Sequence record: PQ464590.1
Direction: 5' to 3' (one strand)
DNA: 64,000 bases
The notes below the pieces were generated by a model. The model ran no database searches. It was not told the DNA's origin and saw only the letters and a list, made by a program, of their open reading frames with translations. This document shows, in pieces, positions 37,442-46,913 of the stretch; the first letter of the stretch is position 1; each line of letters starts with the position of its first letter. The translations under genes and the position numbers were made by a program.

Positions 37442-37622
37442 TTTTTACCCTTCTTGACGAAGTCTACGAAAGTTACGTTACTGTCCGCTTTGAGCATTTC
37501 TTTCAAGCGAGTCTTCTGCTCTTCAGAAAGGCGAATTTGTGGCTTGTCGTGCTTGTAACGAACCCAACGATTTGGTGGTTTAACTGGCATAAAAAATCCT
37601 CTCATATTTGCGGTATGAGAGG

Positions 37623-37651
37623 ATTATAGGGTACTGTCGCAGTACTGTCAA
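37623..37651 (-). promoter_or_regulatory. consensus sigma70 promoter
   Basis: TTGACA-N17-TATAAT, followed by a hairpin. Confidence 0.8.
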
Positions 37652-37658
37652 CTGAATT

Positions 37659-38066
37659 TTAGAAATATGCGTTCATATCGTCCGCATTTTCGTCCTGCTC
37701 ATCTTCAACGTACACAACGATATGTGCACTATGGATAGTTTCAAAGTAACCCATCCAGAAAGCATAGACACCCATCAGGTCGTTCGTATCAGTCAACATG
37801 TTTATGTTGTACTCATGACTGTAACCGTCTTCAGACTTACCAAACCAGTACTCATCCATTAGTTTAGTCCTGATTTTGTTCTCATGGTTCTGATAACGGG
37901 CAGCACGGATATCATTACATGCTTTGTAATGAGCTTTTAGTACTCGTAGACCTTCTTTGGCTTTATCCAAATCACGCCATACAATACCCAACGTGTCTTC
38001 TGTTTTCTCTGAACCAAATGAATCACCAGTTGTGTACTTTACTAATATTGTCCAAGCTTTACTCAT
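37659..38066 (-). CDS. hypothetical protein
   Basis: 135 aa; YTTGDSFG motif. Confidence 0.8.
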   Translation of the reverse strand: MSKAWTILVKYTTGDSFGSEKTEDTLGIVWRDLDKAKEGLRVLKAHYKACNDIRAARYQNHENKIRTKLMDEYWFGKSEDGYSHEYNINMLTDTNDLMGVYAFWMGYFETIHSAHIVVYVEDEQDENADDMNAYF

Positions 38067-38482
38067 TCATCCCCCAGTGCTTTTAGGCACGTATTGATTG
38101 CAGTACTGAAAAGTCGTATCATTTCGTACGGCATTATTTCACGAACCGTACTTTCCTGAAAGTGAACTTCTTCAGTTAAAGTACGATAATTCTCTTCTCT
38201 GTACGTTGGAGCATTCCACGCATCAGAACTAAATTCAATCGTGTTCTTGTTGATTCTGTATTTTTGGAACGGCTCAACATCAATATCCATAATGACTAAT
38301 TCAAAATCATCGTAATGTATATCGTACTGTAATGAGAATGAATGTATTCCAATATCATCATGATTCACAGAATGATCCCAGATACTACTGTATCTGTGCT
38401 CTTGTGTAACAAGAGCCGTATTGATTTTAGTTAGACAAAATTCAACGGTTCTTTGTAATTTTGCTAGGTGTTGTAATTCCAT
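38063..38482 (-). CDS. EEExFQxST-module family protein
   Basis: LTEEVHFQESTVREI. Confidence 0.8.
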   Translation of the reverse strand: MELQHLAKLQRTVEFCLTKINTALVTQEHRYSSIWDHSVNHDDIGIHSFSLQYDIHYDDFELVIMDIDVEPFQKYRINKNTIEFSSDAWNAPTYREENYRTLTEEVHFQESTVREIMPYEMIRLFSTAINTCLKALGDE

Positions 38483-38975
38483 TCAGTTCTCTCACAAATC
38501 TATCCATTGATGGTTTGTCCATCATAGTGTCCAGGAATAATTCTTTTTGATACACTCCCAGTACTGAGGGTGCAGAACCATTCAACTTATTATTGTATAT
38601 GTCCCGACTTAGAGCAGCTTTCGTTTTAGCTAATCGGCAAAGATTCGTGTACTTCATATATGCGTATTGAATATCATCGTAGCTGATATTTCCAATATCC
38701 TCAACTGTACTCAACTGGAATAATTCTTCTTCAGTAATATCGTACTGTATCCATACTGAACCAATACGCATAGCACGAACACGTAATTCCATTACAAATC
38801 CAAATGGAGTGAATTCACTAATGATTAGTGATCCGTCATGGCATATTTCAGTACTCTTACCAAATGACATCCTGGAACTAACGAAACCGTAAGTAGCACC
38901 AGTACTGGGGTCGAATGATTCAATCTGAGTCGAGGCAGACGTTAGCATGTCTAATAAAGCATAGCGTGTATTCAT
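38442..38975 (-). CDS. EEExFQxST-module family protein
   Basis: ITEEELFQLSTVEDI, plus C-terminal extension. Confidence 0.8.
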   Translation of the reverse strand: MNTRYALLDMLTSASTQIESFDPSTGATYGFVSSRMSFGKSTEICHDGSLIISEFTPFGFVMELRVRAMRIGSVWIQYDITEEELFQLSTVEDIGNISYDDIQYAYMKYTNLCRLAKTKAALSRDIYNNKLNGSAPSVLGVYQKELFLDTMMDKPSMDRFVRELNGITTPSKITKNR

Positions 38976-39017
38976 ATGTACCTCAAATGATAAAACCCAC
39001 ATTGAGTGGGTTTGTAT

Positions 39018-39103
39018 TGGTGGAGTGTAGGAGGACTACGTGTTACCTCCCCTACCTTGAGCATTCGCCACAGATAGTGCTTACCCGATTAGCTGTACAC
39101 CCC
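39018..39103 (-). ncRNA. 86 nt tRNA-like RNA with G3:U70 acceptor and ACCA
   Basis: GGGGTGT/ACACTCC-ACCA; D-like arm; no canonical anticodon or T loop. Confidence 0.6.
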
Positions 39104-39104
39104 G

Positions 39105-39338
39105 TTATTCTAATGTCTCTGATACGTTGATACTGTTTAGTACTACTTCTTGCCCTTCTGGGCAATTACGTTTCAGGTGATGCATCAGTACTGATTCTAC
39201 ACCGCAACTATGGTAAGTCTTGACTAAACGAGTCACTTTTTCCTGACTGTATACCTGATCTGGATTTTCTGGGTTGCGATATTCAACAACCGCCTCAACT
39301 AAAAATAGCTCGTCATTATTTGAACAGCAACAGCTCAT
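39105..39338 (-). CDS. hypothetical protein
   Basis: 77 aa. Confidence 0.7.
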   Translation of the reverse strand: MSCCCSNNDELFLVEAVVEYRNPENPDQVYSQEKVTRLVKTYHSCGVESVLMHHLKRNCPEGQEVVLNSINVSETLE

Positions 39339-39742
39339 GTTTTACTCCTGGTTACATAGGTGTCCCGTATAGTACAGAACAGTTTCATAGTATCCAAATC
39401 GATACCTGTCATATCTTGAACGGTACTCATTTGGAATAGTTCTTCTTCAGTACTAGCGTAGCTCAATTCAATCTTATTCATCGCACTGCTACTCGTGCCA
39501 CTTTCTAACCGACTGAACGTGCGGATAATAATACTATCTGGGTAAAAGTGTACATCTTTACAAAGACCGTCTGTATCTTGTGCCATATACACATTAATAC
39601 TATTCCGAAAGTACGTGATATCAAGCTTATGGATATCAACAGATTCCATGAACAAGAAATCACAACCTACTTGGAAATCATATGTTTCCTTTAGCTGATT
39701 CTTTGCACCTTCAGTAAGGATACTATTTAGAAATTCAAACAT
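39335..39742 (-). CDS. EEExFQxST-module family protein
   Basis: STEEELFQMSTVQDM. Confidence 0.8.
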   Translation of the reverse strand: MFEFLNSILTEGAKNQLKETYDFQVGCDFLFMESVDIHKLDITYFRNSINVYMAQDTDGLCKDVHFYPDSIIIRTFSRLESGTSSSAMNKIELSYASTEEELFQMSTVQDMTGIDLDTMKLFCTIRDTYVTRSKT

Positions 39743-40133
39743 ATAAGACTCTTATTTTATTCATAGTACTTATAACGTTCTCATCAAGACCAGAAATATC
39801 ATGTACAGTACTAAGTTGGAATAATTGCTCTTCCGTAATGTTGTACGGAATTTTAATCTGTTCGTCATAATGAGAATCGCCGTCGAAGTTCATCTCAACA
39901 ATAACCTCATCGTTATAGAATACAAAACTGTATCTGAATCCTGGATGCGTTGGATTGGCTGAACTTGACGTGATTTGGAACACCCGTTCATATAAATGAA
40001 CTTCACACCACGTGTGATTATTCATTGGAACATTTACAGTGTCGAACATATCACAAAGTGTTTCTTTGGATGCCGAAATCTCTTCAATGTACTCGGTTGA
40101 AAGATACGGCTCAAGTAATTCATAACGCATCAC
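39735..40133 (-). CDS. EEExFQxST-module family protein
   Basis: ITEEQLFQLSTVHDI. Confidence 0.8.
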   Translation of the reverse strand: MMRYELLEPYLSTEYIEEISASKETLCDMFDTVNVPMNNHTWCEVHLYERVFQITSSSANPTHPGFRYSFVFYNDEVIVEMNFDGDSHYDEQIKIPYNITEEQLFQLSTVHDISGLDENVISTMNKIRVLYV

Positions 40134-40543
40134 AATTCCTCTAGGTAATGGTAACGTATTTTATCAAATAACTTGATGATGTCCAGTGTTAGACCGAACG
40201 TGTTCTGTACTGTGTCCAATTGGAATAGTTCTTCTTCAGTCATGTCATATTTGACAGTGAAGATTGTACGTGCTTTCGTAACATCATCTTCTGTTCTGGA
40301 ATCCACGACAATCTTTACTACTTCTGGACGGAAAATATAATCCACGAAGAGTTCTGATTCAGACGACATGATAGGTTCACATGTGTTCAGTGATATAATA
40401 TTCGAAAATGTATCGTAGAACATACTCATGTTGTAATGAACTTGCATTCTGAATCCAGTTTGATTCGCTTTACGGTTAACCCGCTTAGTGTGGAATTCCT
40501 GGATATTGGAAGTTTTCAATAATTCATCTAAACCTTCGTACAT
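40130..40543 (-). CDS. EEExFQxST-module family protein
   Basis: MTEEELFQLDTVQNT. Confidence 0.8.
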   Translation of the reverse strand: MYEGLDELLKTSNIQEFHTKRVNRKANQTGFRMQVHYNMSMFYDTFSNIISLNTCEPIMSSESELFVDYIFRPEVVKIVVDSRTEDDVTKARTIFTVKYDMTEEELFQLDTVQNTFGLTLDIIKLFDKIRYHYLEEL

Positions 40544-40558
40544 ATGAACCTCTGAAAA

Positions 40559-40634
40559 TGGTCGAGACAGCAGGGATCGAACCTGCGACCCACGGCTTAG
40601 AAGGCCGTTGCTCTTCCGTCTGAGCTATGCCCCG
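40559..40634 (-). tRNA. tRNA-Arg(TCT)
   Basis: ACGGC-CTTCTAA-GCCGT; TTCGATC; ACCA. Confidence 0.93.
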
Positions 40635-40640
40635 AAAATA

Positions 40641-40732
40641 TGGCGGTGAGGGTGAGATTCGAACTCACGGAGGGCTATTAACCCCCGACGGTTTTCAAGA
40701 CCGTTGCAATAGGCCACTCTGCCACCTCACCG
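40641..40732 (-). tRNA. tRNA-Ser(TGA)
   Basis: ACGGT-CTTGAAA-ACCGT; long variable arm; GCCA. Confidence 0.93.
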
Positions 40733-40738
40733 TATTAA

Positions 40739-40770
40739 TATTATATCACATTTTCAGTACTTATCCCAAA
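40739..40770 (-). promoter_or_regulatory. class-2 phage promoter upstream of tRNA-Ser/Arg
   Basis: TTTGGGATAAGTACTGAAAATGTGATATAATA, identical to 52671-52702. Confidence 0.8.
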
Positions 40771-40785
40771 AATGTGATACTTTTT

Positions 40786-41124
40786 TTATTCTAGCGAACC
40801 CTTGATTGCCTCAATGATTGCTAGACTGTCCAATTCAAATTGATTGAACGAGCGAATACGTTTCATCATCGGGAGTCCTTTGTGATAGTCGTAACCATCC
40901 TCAAGTTCCCAAGTCTTACTGTACCAACAGACCTCGTATTTCTCCAATTCTGGTTCAGCTTCGATGAACTTTTTCAGTAGAAGATTGTACATCACTGTGA
41001 TTACATCTTCCACTTTCATGTACGGAATAGCTTTCTTTACAAGTTCGCTAGGCCATACATCGATAGTCACACTTTCAACGGTCGTTACAGAACCGTTGAT
41101 TGTCGTTTTCTTTTCAGTCATCAA
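40786..41124 (-). CDS. hypothetical protein
   Basis: 112 aa. Confidence 0.75.
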   Translation of the reverse strand: MMTEKKTTINGSVTTVESVTIDVWPSELVKKAIPYMKVEDVITVMYNLLLKKFIEAEPELEKYEVCWYSKTWELEDGYDYHKGLPMMKRIRSFNQFELDSLAIIEAIKGSLE

Positions 41125-41776
41125 ACTGTACCTTCAGTTTACGTACTTTCAGATACGGAGGTACTGGAGTACCCACAACTGAACGGAGATAGTTTTCGGT
41201 ATCTTCACGGTACACGTTCAGACTATCCAACCGGATTTTATCTTCCCGTGAGTCATGGATACCGTAGTACGTGAATGAACTTGGACGTTCTTTACTAACA
41301 CGTTCAATCTTATCACCACTGTACCAACCTTTAGGGTGTCCAATCACAAGTTCATGGATTGCACCTGTGAAGTCTTCACGAATTTTGATCAGTACGTGGT
41401 ACGCAGAAACGAAGTTCATATCCATCACAACACCGCTGTGTGAACCAGTAACATTACCAGCTAAATTGGAAAGCGTATACAGTACTGAATCGTTCTTATT
41501 AGGAAGATTTTCCATTACTTCTTTCTGTTTCTTCAAGCTCAAAAATTTAGCCTGACGCATCTGTTCAACTTTGTCAGCTTCTGGGGATGGATACACATGT
41601 ACTTCATCATCGTACAGTACTACAGTTTCACCTTCGTGCTGAATGAAGTAACGAATATGTGAACCGATAATTTCATAATCTTCAGTTTCAAAGATAGTTC
41701 CGGCATCGATATGCACATCCCTGAAACCAGACCAACGAAGAGCATAATCACCACCGTTCAGTACTACTAATTTCAT
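41114..41776 (-). CDS. hypothetical protein with N-terminal beta-rich repeat domain
   Basis: N-terminus MKLVVLNGGDY...VVLYDDEV similar to domains in 41773-41986 and 41986-42744. Confidence 0.8.
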   Translation of the reverse strand: MKLVVLNGGDYALRWSGFRDVHIDAGTIFETEDYEIIGSHIRYFIQHEGETVVLYDDEVHVYPSPEADKVEQMRQAKFLSLKKQKEVMENLPNKNDSVLYTLSNLAGNVTGSHSGVVMDMNFVSAYHVLIKIREDFTGAIHELVIGHPKGWYSGDKIERVSKERPSSFTYYGIHDSREDKIRLDSLNVYREDTENYLRSVVGTPVPPYLKVRKLKVQFDD

Positions 41777-41986
41777 TTCAATTCCTCATCTTTCAGTACT
41801 AATACTTGATTCCCATATAAATGGACCATAGTACCAGTACGTGTTTGTACGCGATATTGTGCAAAATCAGTGTCGTAACCGATTTCAATCACATCAAATA
41901 CCGCATCTTTTAGAATGTACACATCAGCTTCTGATAACTTAGCTGAACTAACTGTACACTCCAGTGTTCAGTACTTTAACTTTCAT
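41773..41986 (-). pseudogene. frameshifted paralog of the beta-rich repeat domain
   Basis: MKVKVLNTGVYS then TAG; +1 frame continues SAKLSEADVYILKDAVFDV...VHLYGNQV; span 214 nt (3n+1) with start/stop overlaps intact. Confidence 0.55.
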
Positions 41987-42744
41987 TACTGAACCTTCAG
42001 TAGTTTGTATTTTTTGAGAAGCTTACGCTGGTCAGCAGTCAATGCTTCAGTACCAATTGCGGTGTAGCCAAGACCAAGTGTATTTTCTTTATAGATTGTA
42101 CACTCTACACCGTCAGATTGCAAGGCATTATATGCTTCACGCAAGCGAAGTTCATCTTTCACCTGGAGAATGATAATGGACGTACGATCCGCATGGTTCT
42201 TGTAAGCTAAGCCGCTTTCGTACGCTGCATGTGCGGACTGAACAATGATGTTCGGGAGTTCCATATCAGTACGAACAATTACGTACATGTAGCGGCGGTT
42301 CTCTGTCCCTTCACTTGGCTGTGTTTTTTTCTTAGGGCGAACAATTACTTCATCACCGTACAGGTGGATCTTGATACCAGCACTGGTTTTTACGGTGTAC
42401 TGTGTATAATCAGGATCACGCAGTACATGGAGAACGTCGAAAGTACGCCCTTTCTTCAGGTACACGTCTTCCGCGAACATATCAGCCTGGCGATACACTG
42501 ATGATTCACGCAGTTCAACCACGAGGTCATTGTCTTTGACAGGTGTTGGTTCATCAAGAACTTCAGTACAATATTCTTCCAAAATAAGTGCCTCATGGCC
42601 GTCGATATTGATAATGTATGATACTGCTTTACCATCTAAGGTTGTTTCTTTACAGAATACTGGATATACACCAGCATCAACCCACACACTATCAATCAAA
42701 TTACGGGCAGCATAGAAATCTGATTCGGAAATGCGAATTTTCAT
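41986..42744 (-). CDS. two beta-rich domains fused to a PTH2-like peptidyl-tRNA hydrolase domain
   Basis: C-terminal YMYVIVRTDM...IVQSAHAAYE...IILQV...ENTLGLGYTAIG. Confidence 0.65.
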   Translation of the reverse strand: MKIRISESDFYAARNLIDSVWVDAGVYPVFCKETTLDGKAVSYIINIDGHEALILEEYCTEVLDEPTPVKDNDLVVELRESSVYRQADMFAEDVYLKKGRTFDVLHVLRDPDYTQYTVKTSAGIKIHLYGDEVIVRPKKKTQPSEGTENRRYMYVIVRTDMELPNIIVQSAHAAYESGLAYKNHADRTSIIILQVKDELRLREAYNALQSDGVECTIYKENTLGLGYTAIGTEALTADQRKLLKKYKLLKVQ

Positions 42745-42900
42745 ATTAACCTCTGTTCAGTTTAGTGTTGTAAATGTGGAAGAAGAATTTCTTTTCCCAC
42801 GGGAGCCACTTTTTAGTACTGGTACAAATGTCGTACTCGCGACAGAACTCTAGTGCGTACTGCCAAGCATCATAATACTTATTTCCGTTCATGTCAACCC

Positions 42901-43758
42901 TTAGAAGAAGATATCTCTTAGTAAGTGAGCAATCACTGGAATCGTCCAGCCATTACCTAACATCTTGTACGCCTGGGTGTTAGATGAGACTTTAAAGAAA
43001 TCATCCGGTGCACCTTGAAGACGACAACACTCTACCACAGATAGCTTTCGATAGTCAACCTTGTTTACACCCTTTTCTAACAAATAATTCTTGTCTATGT
43101 TAGGGTCAAAGAAAACCATCTGTCTTCTGGACTTGTTGAAGTACTGATTTGGATCTCCACCCTTCCAGTAGTTCGCATCAATACAATACGACTTGTCTCT
43201 ATCTGTGTACTCGGACTCAAGAATATCTTGCAGTACTGGAGCACTTGATAATGCTGGTGGAACAAACAACTTATCAGTACTGTACCAGTAGTACCGCTGT
43301 CGGTAGTGTGCTGTGTAATTCTGGGAGTTTACCATGATAGGAGTCATCTGTAAAGTGTTGTTGATGTACTCTTTGAAATCTTCCTTCATTTTCACGTTCT
43401 CGAATAGAACCTTCAATTCAGGATTCAGTGATTTGATGTGCTGGTAGATGTCTACCATCGTGTGGAACAACATTCCACGAGGGTCATTTACGCCACCCTG
43501 CTTACCCGCTACAGACCACGCCTGACAAGGGAAGCCTCCCATTAGGAGATCCACTTTAGACCAGTCTATGTCCCATTCACGCCATTTAGTGACATCTCCT
43601 AGCTGAATGATGTCTGGGAAGTTAGCTTGCGATTCAGCAATAGCGTATTTGTCAATCTCGGACGAGTAATAGGTTTTAACAGGAATGCCAGCCTCGTTCA
43701 GTGCTAACATTCCCCCTGACATCCCGTTAAAGAGACTCAGTACTGTAATTGGTTCCAT
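42901..43758 (-). CDS. C5 cytosine DNA methyltransferase
   Basis: Motif I VLSLFNGMSGG; motif IV GGFPCQ; motif VI ENV; motif VIII RQRYYW; motif X YKMLGNGW. Confidence 0.93.
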   Translation of the reverse strand: MEPITVLSLFNGMSGGMLALNEAGIPVKTYYSSEIDKYAIAESQANFPDIIQLGDVTKWREWDIDWSKVDLLMGGFPCQAWSVAGKQGGVNDPRGMLFHTMVDIYQHIKSLNPELKVLFENVKMKEDFKEYINNTLQMTPIMVNSQNYTAHYRQRYYWYSTDKLFVPPALSSAPVLQDILESEYTDRDKSYCIDANYWKGGDPNQYFNKSRRQMVFFDPNIDKNYLLEKGVNKVDYRKLSVVECCRLQGAPDDFFKVSSNTQAYKMLGNGWTIPVIAHLLRDIFF

Positions 43759-43780
43759 AGGAAAATCCTTTTCCATTAGT

Positions 43781-44248
43781 TTAGTTCAATGGTGGAGTAC
43801 TATCACATAACGCAATAAATTCATCACGTAATGTTATTAGCTCCTGTATATCTTGTAGCGTGAGGTCTTTCATATCATGAATAGTGCCAGTCTGGAATAA
43901 TTCTTCTTCAGTACTGCAAAGATAGAATGTCCAGCGGTCCACATATCGTACGTCAATCCGTTTATCATTTTCATCATAATATGAAGAACAAGAGTAATGC
44001 ACGTGACCATCAGGTGTGAACCGAAGTGAATCATCAAATACCGATGTGTCATGTGCGGGTACTGATTCAAATACAACTATGTCAGTACTATGACGCATCA
44101 GATTCAACTCATGTTCATCACCATAAGAAATGAATGTGTGACCACCACGCGTGAGTCCTTTGTCTTGATGTTGTTCTAAATTTTGTTTGTGGAAATTGAT
44201 CATATCAATAAATTTCCGCAAGTTTTCAGTACTGGCTAATCTAGGCAC
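43781..44248 (-). CDS. EEExFQxST-module family protein
   Basis: STEEELFQTGTIHDM. Confidence 0.8.
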   Translation of the reverse strand: MPRLASTENLRKFIDMINFHKQNLEQHQDKGLTRGGHTFISYGDEHELNLMRHSTDIVVFESVPAHDTSVFDDSLRFTPDGHVHYSCSSYYDENDKRIDVRYVDRWTFYLCSTEEELFQTGTIHDMKDLTLQDIQELITLRDEFIALCDSTPPLN

Positions 44249-44642
44249 GTGGGGTTTTCCTCGTCGCTGTGAAGTATTTAGGAAGCTCTAAAGCACCCTC
44301 AAATGTGAGTCCTTGATAATCATATATCAATGAATCCTGGAAGAATGATTCTTCAGTCATTGGATAGTTGAAAGTCATACTGTTCAGTACTTCTTTTTTG
44401 TTCGAAATAACTTCGTACTTGATGTACGTCCGTTCTTTATCGACTGTGAATACACAATACCAATCCACACCACTCAATGGATCATATTCAGCCAGTATTG
44501 AGTACGTGCTAAATGAATCATCAGCCGCGAAACGGACGTGTAAGTAATCTAGATTGTAGTTTGTACTCTTGTATACGTCGAAATCTCGTGATGGTGCGTA
44601 CTTAGCGGTTTTTAAGTACTGTAATGCTTCCAATAGGGTCAT
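44241..44642 (-). CDS. EEExFQxST-module family protein
   Basis: MTEESFFQDSLIYDY. Confidence 0.8.
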   Translation of the reverse strand: MTLLEALQYLKTAKYAPSRDFDVYKSTNYNLDYLHVRFAADDSFSTYSILAEYDPLSGVDWYCVFTVDKERTYIKYEVISNKKEVLNSMTFNYPMTEESFFQDSLIYDYQGLTFEGALELPKYFTATRKTPRA

Positions 44643-45132
44643 GGTATTTTTCCTTCAGTGCGTCAACGAGATAGTTGAACATTTCCAGTACTCTCTGTTG
44701 TTCTTCGAACGTGACATCACCGTAATCAGTTACTGTACTCTCTTGGAAGAACTCTTCTTCAGTACTAACAAGTTTGGTACGTTGCAGTCTGATAGTACGG
44801 ATCATATTGGCGTCAGTTTCTGAATCCACTTCTTCATCGTCGTATACTGCGTACGTCAGATAATGAAAACCGTCTTTAGATGGAACTAAATCCAGTTTGT
44901 ACTCGCACTCATTATTTTCATCGTAGAAACGAATTGTGCGTACTACTGGATTGAAATTGATTTTGATTGTTTGACGGTAGAACTTATATTCCCCGCTTAT
45001 TTGTTCTGGCGTACGAATTAGATACTCACCTAAGTAACCAGTTTTGATGAAATCCTGGATATCAGTCCAGTCATCAATGATATCGCACAGTTCAGATAAA
45101 GAACGGTTCTTATACGCATTTTTGATTTTCAT
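44602..45132 (-). CDS. EEExFQxST-module family protein
   Basis: STEEEFFQESTVTDY. Confidence 0.8.
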   Translation of the reverse strand: MKIKNAYKNRSLSELCDIIDDWTDIQDFIKTGYLGEYLIRTPEQISGEYKFYRQTIKINFNPVVRTIRFYDENNECEYKLDLVPSKDGFHYLTYAVYDDEEVDSETDANMIRTIRLQRTKLVSTEEEFFQESTVTDYGDVTFEEQQRVLEMFNYLVDALKEKYHDPIGSITVLKNR

Positions 45133-45587
45133 TAGAATAGTTTCCTCTCATAAGCATACAGTAGGTCTTTGACATAACTCATGAAGTTCACGGATTCAAT
45201 CATATCTTCTAGAGTTACTTTGCTGTAATCACGGATAGTACTTTGCTGGAAATATTCCTCCTCAGTCAGTACTGGGATGAATTCAACCTCATCATCAACA
45301 ACACCACGATCATCATAATCCACCTGAAAAGCGTACTTCGTATTTTCATCAGGTTCTGGAACCAGATACAAACTAACCTCACCGTTGATGTCAGTGTCGT
45401 ACCAACGCACAACCATCATATTAAGCCCGACATGATACATGAGGACATTATATTCACCAGTTCCTTGTTGACGTGGGAGAACAATACCAAGTTCACATGT
45501 TTTCGGATTATAATGCAGGTCGTTGTCGCTATTTTTTACAATACCCTTGATAGTACTGATTACAGTACTGATACTTTTGTATTCCAT
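45132..45587 (-). CDS. EEExFQxST-module family protein
   Basis: LTEEEYFQQSTIRDY. Confidence 0.8.
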   Translation of the reverse strand: MEYKSISTVISTIKGIVKNSDNDLHYNPKTCELGIVLPRQQGTGEYNVLMYHVGLNMMVVRWYDTDINGEVSLYLVPEPDENTKYAFQVDYDDRGVVDDEVEFIPVLTEEEYFQQSTIRDYSKVTLEDMIESVNFMSYVKDLLYAYERKLF

Positions 45588-45635
45588 ACGTTCTCCAGAA
45601 GTTAAGAAAGGCACAATTAAGTGCCTTTGAAGTAA

Positions 45636-45953
45636 TTACCAGCAGACGTTCACGATGTAGTCACCGTCCACAATGTGACCATCTTTGAACAGAAGCTTGA
45701 TGATACTATTCACTTCCCATTCGGAACAATGACCAGCTTCTACCCTTTCCCGTGCATGTTCGATATCTGCTGCGTCGAAGTACGCAAGGCCAGTATCGCA
45801 AGCGATATCAGTATCGTTATCAACTTCAATAATCTCAAAGTGATTCTTACCGTATACCTTCGCAACGAACTGCTCTAGATCGCCGTAGTCAACTGAAAAT
45901 ACAGGACGGGTTGCTGGTTTGAAAATATCTGGGTTTTGCATGTTATACCTCAA
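45636..45953 (-). CDS. hypothetical protein
   Basis: 105 aa. Confidence 0.75.
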   Translation of the reverse strand: MRYNMQNPDIFKPATRPVFSVDYGDLEQFVAKVYGKNHFEIIEVDNDTDIACDTGLAYFDAADIEHARERVEAGHCSEWEVNSIIKLLFKDGHIVDGDYIVNVCW

Positions 45954-46317
45954 TATGTGTTAGAATATGTACTGTGCCTTGACCGTTGATAATATACAGA
46001 CGCAGGTTGTATTGGTCAAGATCATAATACTCGGCTCCATAACCACCCAAGTATTCTTCATCGAACCCGTATGTACCTTCATCACATACGTAATCCAAGA
46101 ACATTCTTGGTGGATGCCAAGTATTATCATCATACAGTTCAACTTCAGTTTTACCATTCAGAAGTTCTTGGGCTTTCAGAATGTCCACTTCAAAACCGCC
46201 ACGACAGTACTTCTCCCAGTCCTCAAGACTGTATTTGTGAATCTTTTCGAACAGATCACCAGGCTTCATAGTACTGATGTGGTCTAATGCCTTTTGTAAC
46301 CATTCTGACCGTTCCAT
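45943..46317 (-). CDS. hypothetical protein
   Basis: 124 aa. Confidence 0.75.
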   Translation of the reverse strand: MERSEWLQKALDHISTMKPGDLFEKIHKYSLEDWEKYCRGGFEVDILKAQELLNGKTEVELYDDNTWHPPRMFLDYVCDEGTYGFDEEYLGGYGAEYYDLDQYNLRLYIINGQGTVHILTHIEV

Positions 46318-46619
46318 TAGAAATCCTCTAATGACTTTTCTTCAATATAACGATGAGTACATACAATTGCACTCGCCATGATTGCTGCTGAACCTGCACT
46401 TGGAGATGTCAAGTACTGTGACACTGCACCCAGTAGGCGTTCAAGTTTTTCATAATCCGGTAGCTTATCGTACCAGATGAACCAGCGACGATACTCTTCA
46501 TCACTGACTGAAAATTCATCAGCCAGGTCTTTCATAATAAGTTTCAGTACTGGTGATAATTCGGAATTATTCATCACTGTCTCCGTAACGTTCATCGTAG
46601 TAATCGTCATCACGATCAA
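46317..46619 (-). CDS. hypothetical protein
   Basis: 100 aa; start uncertain. Confidence 0.7.
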   Translation of the reverse strand: MIVMTITTMNVTETVMNNSELSPVLKLIMKDLADEFSVSDEEYRRWFIWYDKLPDYEKLERLLGAVSQYLTSPSAGSAAIMASAIVCTHRYIEEKSLEDF

Positions 46620-46637
46620 GGGGTTGTTTAGGAGTAT

Positions 46638-46898
46638 TCATAGGAAGAAAAAGTTCTCCAGATCCATATCGTCTTCTTCGGCTTCTGCAATCGTAATAAG
46701 ACGCAAAGTGCCACGTTTCAGATAGATGTTGAACACTTTGGCATAGTTGCCAAATACATCTTCTGGTTCCTGAATTGTATCAGTCACCACCGTCATGGTT
46801 ACACCTGCACACAACTTCTGGAAGATCGCACGGTAATTATTCAGAATACGAAGATCATCGCCGTGAATCATCTTACGTGCACGTACTACGTTAGCCAT
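46638..46898 (-). CDS. hypothetical protein
   Basis: 86 aa; AAGGA RBS. Confidence 0.75.
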   Translation of the reverse strand: MANVVRARKMIHGDDLRILNNYRAIFQKLCAGVTMTVVTDTIQEPEDVFGNYAKVFNIYLKRGTLRLITIAEAEEDDMDLENFFFL

Positions 46899-46913
46899 TA
46901 CAGTTTCCTTTTC

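Noticed and set aside
39018-39103. tmRNA gene
   Set aside because: G3:U70 acceptor is present, but only 86 nt with no tag reading frame, pseudoknots or canonical T-loop.
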